From a phage: DNA of 64,000 nucleotides. The stretch lies in sequence record PZ476263.1; one strand, written 5' to 3'. This document shows, one piece after another, positions 1-10,780 of the stretch (position 1 is the first letter of the stretch; every line of letters starts with the position of its first letter). Both the position numbers and the translations under genes were made by a program. A model generated the notes under the pieces. That model was given only the letters and a program-made list of their open reading frames with translations, was not told the DNA's origin and made no database searches.

Positions 1-1
1 A

Positions 2-1729
2 AAAGGCGATATTGGTAGTGGCCTTATTGCTCGTGGAACTGTTGAAACATCTGTGCAATTGCCTAGTGACGCTGCAATCGGTGATTTTTACGTTGTAACT
101 TCCGAAGGTATTGGCTATGCTTGGGACGGTTCTGATTGGGTAGCCACAGGATTAGCACAAGGACCTATAGGTCCTGCTGGAGCTGATGGTGCCAAGGGTG
201 AAAAAGGCGACAAAGGAGATCAAGGAGAAAAAGGCGACGCTGGTACAGGTCTGACTCCGAAAGGTCTTGTTGACACATCTTCTGACTTACCTTCTTCTGC
301 TGAAGTTGGTGATTTCTACGTAGCTGCTGACACTGGTATTGGTTATGCTTGGGACGGCACTTCTTTTGTAGAGTCCGGCACTGTACGTGGACCACAAGGT
401 GAAGCGGGTCCTCAGGGCGAAGCAGGTCCAGAAGGTCCGCAAGGCCCTCAGGGTGGAATAGGTCCCGTTGGACCAGAAGGTCCGCAAGGTATCGCTGGCC
501 CTAAAGGGGATAAAGGTGACGTTGGTAGTGGTTTAATCCCTCGTGGAACAATCCCGACTATGGCAGACCTTCCTTTGACTGGTGAAGTTGGTGACTTTTA
601 CGTAGCCAATGATACGGGAATCGGCTATGCCTTTAACGGGACTGCTTTTATAGAGTCTGGGGTTGCTCGCGGCCCTCAGGGCGAGAAGGGTGAAACTGGT
701 GCAGTTGGACCGCAGGGTCCGGTTGGTGCTACTGGTGCAATTGGACCGCAGGGTCCTCAGGGTGCTCAAGGTGAACAGGGCATTCAAGGTGAACGAGGAG
801 AAATCGGTCCTCAGGGTGAGAAAGGTGACACTGGAGAGCAGGGTCCTCAAGGGGATATCGGTCCAGGGGTTGAGATCATCGGTAAATTCGATAACTCTTC
901 CGAACTTCCTTCTACTGGTCAATTAGGTCAAGGTTATCTGATCCAAGGTGATTTCTGGGGATGGACAGGTACTGCTTATGAAAACTTAGGTCGTATTCAA
1001 GGTCCTGTAGGCCCTGTAGGTCCGACTGGTAACCAAGGTCCACAAGGTCCTGTCGGTGTTAAAGGGGATAAAGGTGACCAAGGTACTTTGTGGATTGTAT
1101 TCGCAAGGGATCCTTTGGTAAGTGATGGTCGTGTCAACGACTTCTTCCTGAACTCTTCTACTTTGGAATACTTCCGTAAAACGTCTGCAACTAACTGGGC
1201 TTCCCTCGGATACTTGGGTGGTGGTAACGTTTATGATGCACCTGGGGATGGTAAAGCTTACGTCCGTCAAGATCAGGGCTGGTCTGAATTAACTTACCCT
1301 GTCAATGAAGCACCTACCGATGGCGGTGATTATGTTCGTAAGAATGGTACTTGGAGCACTCTGGTTATTCCGGTAACGGAAGCTCCGCTGGAAGGTGGAT
1401 TCTACGTCCGTGAAAACGGTGAGTGGGTGAAACTCGACAAATACGACTTGCGTGTAATTGCTTCTACTGGTGTGGTTGATGCATCTCAGGCCAACAGCTG
1501 GACTTTGGACGGAACAACCAGTAAGTCCTTGGTGATTAATAACCTTCCCGAAGGCCGAGCAATGACTCTTGTACTGAGATTCACTGGTAACGGTGGAAAC
1601 ATTACTTGGGACTCTAAGATCGCATGGTCTAATGGTACAGCACCTGTGCTGGGAGTTACCCGTACTATCCTGACTCTGTTCTGGGATGGTGAGTTCCTTA
1701 CTGGTACTCAAGCAATGACTGTTGGTTAA
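2..1729 (+). CDS. collagen-like fibre protein, 5' end outside window
   Basis: Frame open from window start. Gly-X-Y tracts (GPQGEAGPQG...) alternate with at least three copies of a module 'GSGLIxRGT..DLP..EVGDFYVA.DTGIGYAWDG'. C-terminal three-fold 'DG.YVR.NG.W' repeat. Confidence 0.6.
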   Translation, partial: KGDIGSGLIARGTVETSVQLPSDAAIGDFYVVTSEGIGYAWDGSDWVATGLAQGPIGPAGADGAKGEKGDKGDQGEKGDAGTGLTPKGLVDTSSDLPSSAEVGDFYVAADTGIGYAWDGTSFVESGTVRGPQGEAGPQGEAGPEGPQGPQGGIGPVGPEGPQGIAGPKGDKGDVGSGLIPRGTIPTMADLPLTGEVGDFYVANDTGIGYAFNGTAFIESGVARGPQGEKGETGAVGPQGPVGATGAIGPQGPQGAQGEQGIQGERGEIGPQGEKGDTGEQGPQGDIGPGVEIIGKFDNSSELPSTGQLGQGYLIQGDFWGWTGTAYENLGRIQGPVGPVGPTGNQGPQGPVGVKGDKGDQGTLWIVFARDPLVSDGRVNDFFLNSSTLEYFRKTSATNWASLGYLGGGNVYDAPGDGKAYVRQDQGWSELTYPVNEAPTDGGDYVRKNGTWSTLVIPVTEAPLEGGFYVRENGEWVKLDKYDLRVIASTGVVDASQANSWTLDGTTSKSLVINNLPEGRAMTLVLRFTGNGGNITWDSKIAWSNGTAPVLGVTRTILTLFWDGEFLTGTQAMTVG

Positions 1730-1739
1730 TTTTCAATAA

Positions 1740-1760
1740 GGGGGCTTCGGCCCCCATTTT
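1740..1760 (+). terminator. rho-independent terminator
   Basis: GGGGGC-TTCG-GCCCCC hairpin followed by ATTTT. Confidence 0.55.
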
Positions 1761-1771
1761 AAGGAGAAGTA

Positions 1772-2407
1772 ATGAGTATTAAAATTTATGGCTGGGTTCC
1801 AATGATTCGTATGTCCGACATGCGTTATCCTGTTTACCTTTCCGACTTTAAAGCTGAATATACCAACGTATCTACCGGAAGCTTCGTCTATGAAGAGGGT
1901 ATGGCTGAATTTGGTTATTACCCTGTTCTTGATGTTGATATTCCGCAAGGTGATGTAGTTACCGAAGGAGCACCAGTTCAAGGTGAGGATGGCAAATGGT
2001 ATAAATCTTGGAACTCTCGTGACTACACCGAAGAAGAGATCGCTGATAACCTTCGTCGTCAAAAAGAACAATTAATCTACTCTGCCAAATCTAATTTCGA
2101 AAATGAAAACATGGGGGGTGTAGAAGTTGATGGTAGTTTCTATTCTGTAGATTCAAATTCACTCTCTCTTTATCATTCTATTCTCTCTGTTGCAGAAATG
2201 TCTGAAGACGACAAATTGTTCAGTCTGTTAACTTACGACAATAAGGTTATCGAACATCTCCGTTTAGATGCAATCGAACTTATTGAAGAAATAATTTCCG
2301 TGTATGTAGAAAGCTACAATAATATGACGGCTTTCATTAAAGAAGTGAATGTTGCAAAAAATATGGAAGAATTACCTTCCGTACCTGAGTCTTTCCGCAT
2401 TGCTTAA
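1772..2407 (+). CDS. hypothetical protein, possible fibre-associated chaperone
   Basis: 211-aa ORF with SD AAGGAG, sitting between fibre genes. No motif recognised. Confidence 0.4.
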   Translation: MSIKIYGWVPMIRMSDMRYPVYLSDFKAEYTNVSTGSFVYEEGMAEFGYYPVLDVDIPQGDVVTEGAPVQGEDGKWYKSWNSRDYTEEEIADNLRRQKEQLIYSAKSNFENENMGGVEVDGSFYSVDSNSLSLYHSILSVAEMSEDDKLFSLLTYDNKVIEHLRLDAIELIEEIISVYVESYNNMTAFIKEVNVAKNMEELPSVPESFRIA

Positions 2408-2419
2408 TCGAGGTAATAT

Positions 2420-4036
<1,617 letters not shown>

Positions 4037-4074
4037 TTTAATTATAATTCACAGGGACGTGATTAGGAGATAAT

Positions 4075-5658
4075 ATGACGAATTCTGTAGTAGGTATGGC
4101 AGGTCACAATAATGGTGTATTTTATGGATACTCTCTTTATGACTTGGAGCAAAAAAGAAAGATAGCCTTTAAAGATTTAACTAAGGGTGACTCAGGGGCG
4201 AAGGGCGATAAGGGTGATCCTGGTCCAGAAGGTCCACAAGGTGATAAAGGAGATACCGGAGAGCAAGGCCCTGTAGGACCTCAAGGTCCTGCTGGTGCAC
4301 CAGGGCAACAAGGTGTGCCTGGTGAAAGAGGACCTCAAGGTCCCGAAGGCCCACAAGGCCCTCAAGGCCCAATTGGTCCCGAAGGACCAGTAGGACCAAT
4401 CGGCTCCCAAGGTCCCGAAGGTCCTAAAGGAGAGCAAGGTGAACAAGGCCCTTCTGGATCTCAAGGTCCTCAAGGATTAAAAGGGGATACAGGGGCACAA
4501 GGACCTCAAGGTCCCGTTGGACCCAGAGGAGAGACAGGTGCAACAGGACCTGTTGGACCTAAAGGGGACACAGGCCCAACAGGTCCAAAAGGAGAAACGG
4601 GTGAACAGGGACCCATTGGTCCGCAAGGACCTAAGGGTGATACAGGTCCCGTGGGTCCTGCAAGCTTAACCTTCAGAGGTTTCTATGAACCTCTTGAAGA
4701 ATACAACGAAAAGGATACAGTAGCTTATAATGGTTCTACTTATTTTGCGTTAAGAACCAGTACAGGAGCAACACCGGATATTTCTCCCGATGACTGGGCA
4801 TTACTTGCAGCTGAAGGTGCAGTTGGACCACAAGGACCTATGGGACCAGAGGGTCCGCAAGGTATCGCTGGTGCTCAAGGTCAGGAAGGCCCTATAGGAC
4901 CGCAAGGTGAACAGGGTCCGGTTGGACCTGTTGGCCCACAAGGCCCACAAGGTCCTGCGGGTCAGGAAGGAATAGAAGGCCCTCAGGGACCTCAAGGAGA
5001 AGAAGGCCCTATGGGACCTCAGGGACCACAAGGGATTGTAGGACCAACAGGTCCACAAGGCCCTCAAGGCCCCAAAGGGGACACTGGTGCAGTTGGACCA
5101 CAAGGTCCTCAAGGCCAACAAGGTCTTGATGGTCCACAAGGCCCTGCTGGTCCGCAAGGCGAAAGAGGTGTTACTGGACTAACCGGACCCCAAGGTCCCA
5201 AGGGTGATATCGGCCCTGTGGGTCCGGCTGGCCCTCAAGGTAAGGATGGTAATTCTTACACTATCTACAACTGGGGCAACATATCAACGGGCTATGGTGA
5301 GATGGTAATACCTGGTGTTACTAACACAGTATTCAGAGTGAGACGAGTAGGAACCACATTAGAATACAGTGTACTTAGTAAAGGTGGTGCGAATAGATAC
5401 CTTGACTTCCATACCATAATTCCAGCCCCCTCTACAGGGGGCGCTGTAATTATCCAATCAGGAAATACAACATTGACATCCTCCAGCTCTTTAAATGTTG
5501 TTACATCTGCACCTCCTGGTCTTGGTTTTCGACCAATATTCATCTCTTTAAAAGAGTGGGGAGATAGGGCAATAGTAACCATAGAGGTTTTCCACACAGG
5601 TAGAAGTGGAGATTCCAGTTACCCAATACATGTTCGTATGCTAACGACGAAGTATTGA
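4075..5658 (+). CDS. collagen-like fibre protein, paralog of 2420-4036
   Basis: Same N-terminal motif ('[22 protein letters not shown]') and Gly-X-Y architecture, different C-terminal domain. Confidence 0.65.
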   Translation: MTNSVVGMAGHNNGVFYGYSLYDLEQKRKIAFKDLTKGDSGAKGDKGDPGPEGPQGDKGDTGEQGPVGPQGPAGAPGQQGVPGERGPQGPEGPQGPQGPIGPEGPVGPIGSQGPEGPKGEQGEQGPSGSQGPQGLKGDTGAQGPQGPVGPRGETGATGPVGPKGDTGPTGPKGETGEQGPIGPQGPKGDTGPVGPASLTFRGFYEPLEEYNEKDTVAYNGSTYFALRTSTGATPDISPDDWALLAAEGAVGPQGPMGPEGPQGIAGAQGQEGPIGPQGEQGPVGPVGPQGPQGPAGQEGIEGPQGPQGEEGPMGPQGPQGIVGPTGPQGPQGPKGDTGAVGPQGPQGQQGLDGPQGPAGPQGERGVTGLTGPQGPKGDIGPVGPAGPQGKDGNSYTIYNWGNISTGYGEMVIPGVTNTVFRVRRVGTTLEYSVLSKGGANRYLDFHTIIPAPSTGGAVIIQSGNTTLTSSSSLNVVTSAPPGLGFRPIFISLKEWGDRAIVTIEVFHTGRSGDSSYPIHVRMLTTKY

Positions 5659-5662
5659 CATG

Positions 5663-5691
5663 AAAGCCACCTTCGGGTGGCTTTATTTTTA
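5663..5691 (+). terminator. rho-independent terminator
   Basis: AAAGCCACC-TTCG-GGTGGCTTT hairpin followed by a T-run. Confidence 0.6.
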
Positions 5692-5748
5692 TACAAATGA
5701 CTTTCTTTTAATTTTGTGATAACATGTTTTAATACACTGGAGGATAAT

Positions 5749-6273
5749 ATGACTGATGCAGAAGTAGTACAGCTTGTTCGTAACTTTTTAGGCGGACTTA
5801 CTGAAGATGAAATGCCTGATAGCATGATTCTGTTTTTCTATAATAAATGGAAGGTTTGTTACGACTTAGAAAACAGGCCAGATCAATTTTCAATTATTCT
5901 GTACAATACCGTGCTTGATTGCGTACGTTGGCTTATTGTTCAGGAAGTTTCAAGTGGAGCTTCTGCAATTCGTGAACGATTCGAAAAAGTCGGTGATGAA
6001 ACCATATCCGTTAAATACGGGTCTAACTCTGGAAACTGGCAAGACTTCCTCGACTGGTTGACCGAACATCCTGAATATATTGATCCCTGCCTTAAGGATA
6101 ATGCCGTAGGTTCTGGGCTTGGTCTAATTATTATCGGTGGAACAAGAAAGGGGGAATTTGCAAGAGTTAAAAGAAATCGTGATTCTTTCAATGGCTTTAT
6201 GGAACCAGGTATTTTCCCTGCTGCGGGTACAAGAACTGGTGTCAAAAAGCGTAATCCTTGGATGGTCAACTAA
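5749..6273 (+). CDS. hypothetical structural protein, neck region
   Basis: ATG with SD GGAGGA; the ORF-track start at 5716 lacks an SD. Position between fibre and sheath genes. Confidence 0.4.
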   Translation: MTDAEVVQLVRNFLGGLTEDEMPDSMILFFYNKWKVCYDLENRPDQFSIILYNTVLDCVRWLIVQEVSSGASAIRERFEKVGDETISVKYGSNSGNWQDFLDWLTEHPEYIDPCLKDNAVGSGLGLIIIGGTRKGEFARVKRNRDSFNGFMEPGIFPAAGTRTGVKKRNPWMVN

Positions 6274-6335
6274 AGCTTTGACTTTGTTGCTTTTGCTCAT
6301 CTATTGTGGTAAAATAACTTTCATGGAGAATAACC

Positions 6336-6797
6336 GTGAAGAAAGTATCAACAATTGATTTTTCCGTCATGGACCACTATTACGACCAAATAACTGAATT
6401 GGAAGGCAAAGAAATAGAAGTAGGATTCTTTGACGAGCCTCACTATTCAGGTCTTAATATGGCAACTCTCGCCGCTATTCATGAAAACGGCTGGCACAAT
6501 CTCCCTGAACGTAATTTCATGCTTTCTACCGCTGTTCATTACAGGGGTGGACTCTATAAGAATCTTGCAAAACTTCATTCGGATATTCTCAAGCGTAAAC
6601 CTTATACTGTCGCTCTTAATAAGATCGGCAAGGATTATGCAGATAGTATCCGATTCACTATCGACCAAGGGACATTTACCAATAACCGAGTATCCTCGGA
6701 ATGGGCCAGTGTTAAGGGTTTCAGTGATGCAATGATTCACTACGGAGATCTTTACAGTTCAGCGAAGTTTAAGATTGTTGCACTAACGAAAGACTAA
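6336..6797 (+). CDS. hypothetical structural protein
   Basis: GTG start with SD GGAGA, 153 aa. Confidence 0.35.
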   Translation: MKKVSTIDFSVMDHYYDQITELEGKEIEVGFFDEPHYSGLNMATLAAIHENGWHNLPERNFMLSTAVHYRGGLYKNLAKLHSDILKRKPYTVALNKIGKDYADSIRFTIDQGTFTNNRVSSEWASVKGFSDAMIHYGDLYSSAKFKIVALTKD

Positions 6798-6806
6798 GGG
6801 GGCTGA

Positions 6807-7247
6807 ATGTCTCGCGGATATGCATTGCTGAGGGGACGTAACCAGCTTATTCCTCGTATAGAGGTTGAAGGTCGTCGCCGTACATATAAAAAAGTAGATT
6901 TAGATGACCCGTTCGACAATGGTGGTGTGGAAATTGAATACACACCAATAACCGCTGTAGAATGTGTCATCCAACCAATCAGGGGTAAGGCTTTACGTGA
7001 TCAAAACAACCAGCTAACTGCTGCGGGTGAAGAAGATTACGATTCTTACACTGTTTATTCAGAAACTGTGCTTTATCGAGCACAGGAAGGTACGGATAAA
7101 TTATCTGATCAGTTATGGCTTCCTAACTCTGTTGGGGAGCATAGTTGGTTTACCGTTATGAAAGCTGACCCTTATCCGAGTTCAGGTACGATGCGTTATC
7201 GCTACTATCTGATTGCTGTTCCTGTAGGAACGGAGGGTGGATTATAA
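6807..7247 (+). CDS. hypothetical protein, possible head-tail joining
   Basis: 146 aa, SD AGGGGG, stop overlaps next start. Function inferred from position only. Confidence 0.35.
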   Translation: MSRGYALLRGRNQLIPRIEVEGRRRTYKKVDLDDPFDNGGVEIEYTPITAVECVIQPIRGKALRDQNNQLTAAGEEDYDSYTVYSETVLYRAQEGTDKLSDQLWLPNSVGEHSWFTVMKADPYPSSGTMRYRYYLIAVPVGTEGGL

Positions 7248-7897
7248 TGGATCAACTTCCTAATGAGTTTACCAACTCCGACGAGATTATGGGTAATCTT
7301 ACAAAGACCATCGGTCGTCTATTGAAAGACGTAACCACCTATCGTGTGGTTGAAGCTAATGAAACAATCCCTAAAGTTGAGGGACCTTTCATTCTCGTAG
7401 ATCTTACAGATTTGACCCCTCTCGATTGGGAAACAAATAGTATTGTTGAAGATGGTGTTACCCACACTGTTCACAACTACACCGCAACATATAACCTTAC
7501 GGCATATCGTGGAAAACCTCACTGGGCGTTAACTCGATTCCATCAAGCGTTAAGTTTGGCTTGGATAAGAGATAAATACTTTCCAGTTGGTTCTCCTTTT
7601 GCCTATTCGTCATCTTCATCTATTGCAAGATTAAGAATACCTCTTAATGAACAATATTATGAAAACAGGGCGAGACTGCTTGTTACATTTAACGTTACGT
7701 TCGTTGAAAGTGACTTCGGTCAGTTTGAGGACATTGAAACTATCATCATTAGCACAACGACTGACCCTGAGGGGATCGAGAACGATGCGGTTGTTGATAT
7801 CAATTTTCCACCTGGAGGTGATGTCCCTATGTTGCCACCACAACCTGAACACGAATTAACTTACATCGACACTATCGTCACTGTCAATGAAAAGTAA
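7247..7897 (+). CDS. hypothetical structural protein
   Basis: 216 aa, start overlaps upstream stop (TAATG). Confidence 0.4.
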   Translation: MDQLPNEFTNSDEIMGNLTKTIGRLLKDVTTYRVVEANETIPKVEGPFILVDLTDLTPLDWETNSIVEDGVTHTVHNYTATYNLTAYRGKPHWALTRFHQALSLAWIRDKYFPVGSPFAYSSSSSIARLRIPLNEQYYENRARLLVTFNVTFVESDFGQFEDIETIIISTTTDPEGIENDAVVDINFPPGGDVPMLPPQPEHELTYIDTIVTVNEK

Positions 7898-7937
7898 ATC
7901 CGGTTATTGATAGGCACTTGCTTATCAGTGACAAATG

Positions 7938-7953
7938 AGGGGCTTCGGCCCCT
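7938..7953 (+). terminator. GC hairpin with UUCG loop, no U-tract
   Basis: AGGGGC-TTCG-GCCCCT; no T-run follows, so could be an RNA stability or processing element. Confidence 0.3.
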
Positions 7954-8007
7954 AATCAATTGGCACTTCCGTGCTAGTCAATAATCGTCTAGAAGCAGAG
8001 GATAAAC

Positions 8008-9423
8008 ATGGCTTATGAAGATAAGGTAGTTGACGTCGAGGTAACTCTTGGTACTCAGCCTATTGATACCGTAGGGTTCGAAACCCCGATGTTCTTAGCA
8101 GTTCATAATAACTTCCCAGAACGTGTACGTTTTTATGGATCATTGGAAAGTCTGGTAGGTGATGGTTTTGCAGTTGGTTCAGCTGCTTATCAGTTTGCCT
8201 CGAACGTATTTGCAGGTTCTTTTGCTGCAAGTCTGGTAGGTATCGGACGTATGTCTCTGGCAAGTTCTCGTGTAGATTTTACCGGAACAGTCAATGAAGA
8301 ACGCGTCGTTGTAAATATTACCATCAATGGTACTATTAAAGCAGTAACTATTTCGCTGCAAGTTGGAAACACCCCAGGTCAAGTTGCTACCGCTCTTGCA
8401 ACTGGTATTAATGATGATGTAGACCTCGCAGGTCGAGTTGTTGCTACTGTAGAAAACAGCACTGTTGTAGTGATCCAGTCTGCTGAGAAAGTTAGCATCG
8501 GGAAAGGTGAGGGCACTTATAAGATCGTAAACACCTCTGCTGAAACTGTTGCTACTGTATTGCCTCAGGTTCTGGCTGAAAACCACAACTGGTACTTCCT
8601 GTCCCATGAACAGCGTTCTGATGCAGATATCGTTGCTGCTGCCGAATTTGCTCAGGCAAACTACAAACTGCACGTTTATAACTCCAGCGATTCTGATGCA
8701 CTGGCGGCTGCTAACCAAAGCACCTCTGTCTTTGACACGCTGAAATCTTTGGGTTATAACTCCCTCGGGACCTACGACAAAGATGCAGATGTGGAATATA
8801 CCGAAGGTTCTGTAATCGGTGCAATGGCTGCAAACGATCCTTCTTACGGTGACTCTATCCACCTGAAGACAATGCCTGGTATGGCTCCTTCTACCATCTC
8901 TGAAACTCAGCGTATGAACGCATGGGGACGTAACGCAAACATTTATCGTGCAATGTACGGTACTAACAGCTATATCGAAGGTCGTACTTCCAGCGGTCAG
9001 TATGTTGACGTTATTCGCTTCTCCCACTGGCTGAAGTTCCGTATGGAAGAATCTGTATTTGGTTACATGAAGCGTCGTTCTGATCAAGGTCAGTCCATGA
9101 AGATGAGTGATGAAGATCTTCCGGTTCTGCGTTCTATCCTGTTTAACAACCCAATCAACATCGGTATTCGTAACGGTGGTATCTTGACGGGTTATGACAG
9201 TGTGAACCGTGTAAGCTACGATCCGATTATCACCATCCCACGTCGTGCTGAAATCCCGACTAACGATTTAGCTAACCGTATCCTGCGTGATGTTAAAGTT
9301 GAAGTAGTTTACAACAACTCTCTGCATTACGTCAAAATCCGCGCTGCTGTGGTTCTTGATCGTCCGGCAAATACGACTCAGAGCACCCAAGCTCCTTTCT
9401 CTAACTCTTCTGTAGGGGTGTAA
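8008..9423 (+). CDS. putative tail sheath protein
   Basis: 471 aa, immediately upstream of a 160-aa tube-like gene and a tape measure gene. Called from gene order and size. Confidence 0.5.
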   Translation: MAYEDKVVDVEVTLGTQPIDTVGFETPMFLAVHNNFPERVRFYGSLESLVGDGFAVGSAAYQFASNVFAGSFAASLVGIGRMSLASSRVDFTGTVNEERVVVNITINGTIKAVTISLQVGNTPGQVATALATGINDDVDLAGRVVATVENSTVVVIQSAEKVSIGKGEGTYKIVNTSAETVATVLPQVLAENHNWYFLSHEQRSDADIVAAAEFAQANYKLHVYNSSDSDALAAANQSTSVFDTLKSLGYNSLGTYDKDADVEYTEGSVIGAMAANDPSYGDSIHLKTMPGMAPSTISETQRMNAWGRNANIYRAMYGTNSYIEGRTSSGQYVDVIRFSHWLKFRMEESVFGYMKRRSDQGQSMKMSDEDLPVLRSILFNNPINIGIRNGGILTGYDSVNRVSYDPIITIPRRAEIPTNDLANRILRDVKVEVVYNNSLHYVKIRAAVVLDRPANTTQSTQAPFSNSSVGV

Positions 9424-9426
9424 TAA

Positions 9427-9909
9427 ATGGCTTCGAATCCTAAGTTAATTAGTCTCCAGGCGTATGACCCAGCGAAAGTTCTGATCTTTATTGGTGGACA
9501 ACGTGTTTCTGGATTTGCTGCCGATACCAAGGTCGTAATTTCTCGTAACAACGACAACATCACTCCGCTGTCTGGTGTGGATGGGGAGATCAGTTCTGCA
9601 ATTGTTCGTGATAACTCTGGTGTCGTAACTATTTCTCTCCAGAACACTTCCGTTTGGAATGGTTATCTGGCACAATGGCAGTTGCAAGCTCGTGTCACCG
9701 GACTCGTGTACTTCCCAATCCAGATTGAAGGTTCTCAGGGTCTGTCTCTGAACACCTTTGGATGGGTACAACGTCAACCGGACTTGACATATGGCTCAGA
9801 AGTTGGTCAAATGGACTGGGAAATCGGTGTTGTCGATGCTCAACTGTCCGCTGATCAGATTCAGGGAGTTGCAGCTGGCATTACTGGTATTCTTGGTTTA
9901 GATCAGTAA
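9427..9909 (+). CDS. putative tail tube protein
   Basis: 160 aa directly after the sheath candidate. Synteny-based. Confidence 0.5.
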   Translation: MASNPKLISLQAYDPAKVLIFIGGQRVSGFAADTKVVISRNNDNITPLSGVDGEISSAIVRDNSGVVTISLQNTSVWNGYLAQWQLQARVTGLVYFPIQIEGSQGLSLNTFGWVQRQPDLTYGSEVGQMDWEIGVVDAQLSADQIQGVAAGITGILGLDQ

Positions 9910-9984
9910 TTACGTGAGCCTCAGGGATGAGGCCCTTATTCACGGTATGGAAAATATTAACTAAGTGGACACAGGAGTGTAAAC

Positions 9985-10458
9985 GTGCAAGGTTTTAAAA
10001 TTAAAAAGAGTACAGATATTATCCTTTGCGGTGGTAAACGATTCACTATTTATCATTGGTCACCTACTCAAGTGATCCGTAACATGCCTAAGATTGGTAA
10101 ACTTGTTGCTGTTCCTCTGGGAACTATGGCAGGCTCTGCAATCTCTGGTGGGCAAGATTTTCAAGACGCTGTACCAACAGCAATCCTTTACATTCTGGAT
10201 CGTATCGATGAAGGCGGTCTGGATATAATCAACCTTCTTTTAGATGGTGTTGAAGTAGATAGTATGGGTGGCCCAATCGATATCGATGAAGTGTTCGATG
10301 GTCACGTTGAAGATTTGTTTAAATTACTGGCTGAAATTATTCAAGTGAACTACGGCTGTTTTTTCGGGAAGAGCGGTTTCGGGACAATCGAAAATCTCCT
10401 TCAGAAATTTGGTCTGGTTCGGAAGGTGAACGAGCTGGATCAGACGGAAGAAGCCTGA
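9985..10458 (+). CDS. putative tail assembly chaperone
   Basis: 157 aa acidic protein between tube and tape measure, GTG start with SD AGGAG. Confidence 0.4.
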   Translation: MQGFKIKKSTDIILCGGKRFTIYHWSPTQVIRNMPKIGKLVAVPLGTMAGSAISGGQDFQDAVPTAILYILDRIDEGGLDIINLLLDGVEVDSMGGPIDIDEVFDGHVEDLFKLLAEIIQVNYGCFFGKSGFGTIENLLQKFGLVRKVNELDQTEEA

Positions 10459-10484
10459 GGCCGCTTAGTACCGTAGAGAGGGCT

Positions 10485-10727
10485 TTGGACTACGCCAGAA
10501 GAAATTCCAGCTTGAAATGGTATGACTATCTTTATTTCCGTGTCATGGAACGCTTTAAGGGCGTTAATGAGTTATCTATCGAAAGTGGTGACATGGAGGA
10601 TCTTCTTAAAAAGAATGAATATCTTGATATTCAGGATTATCTGGAAGGTGCACAAGAGAAAGAGAAGGAATACGAGCGGCAACGTCAAGAACAAGAAGCC
10701 CTGTTAAAACGGAGAAGAGGTAAATAA
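10485..10727 (+). CDS. hypothetical protein
   Basis: 80-aa ORF with TTG start, charged and helical C-terminus. Existence uncertain. Confidence 0.25.
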   Translation: MDYARRNSSLKWYDYLYFRVMERFKGVNELSIESGDMEDLLKKNEYLDIQDYLEGAQEKEKEYERQRQEQEALLKRRRGK

Positions 10728-10780
10728 AAAGGGCTGGGGTCGAGAGACTCCGGCCTTTATTTTTATTATGAGGAGTTAAA

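Noticed and set aside
5655-5690. Plus-strand TTGACA at 5655-5660 as a late promoter
   Set aside because: No acceptable -10 hexamer at 16-18 bp spacing; the hexamer sits inside the terminator hairpin context and is probably coincidental.
8179-9087. 302-aa minus-strand ORF inside the sheath candidate, and similar antisense ORFs in the late module (e.g. 23181-23870, 19565-20002)
   Set aside because: Fully nested antisense to long, well-supported plus-strand genes; no SD or promoter context.
9985-10727. Possible programmed -1 frameshift pair of tail assembly chaperones between tube and tape measure
   Set aside because: The two ORFs do not overlap (stop at 10456-10458, downstream frame opens only after a stop at about 10467) and I found no slippery heptamer, so I annotate them as separate genes.
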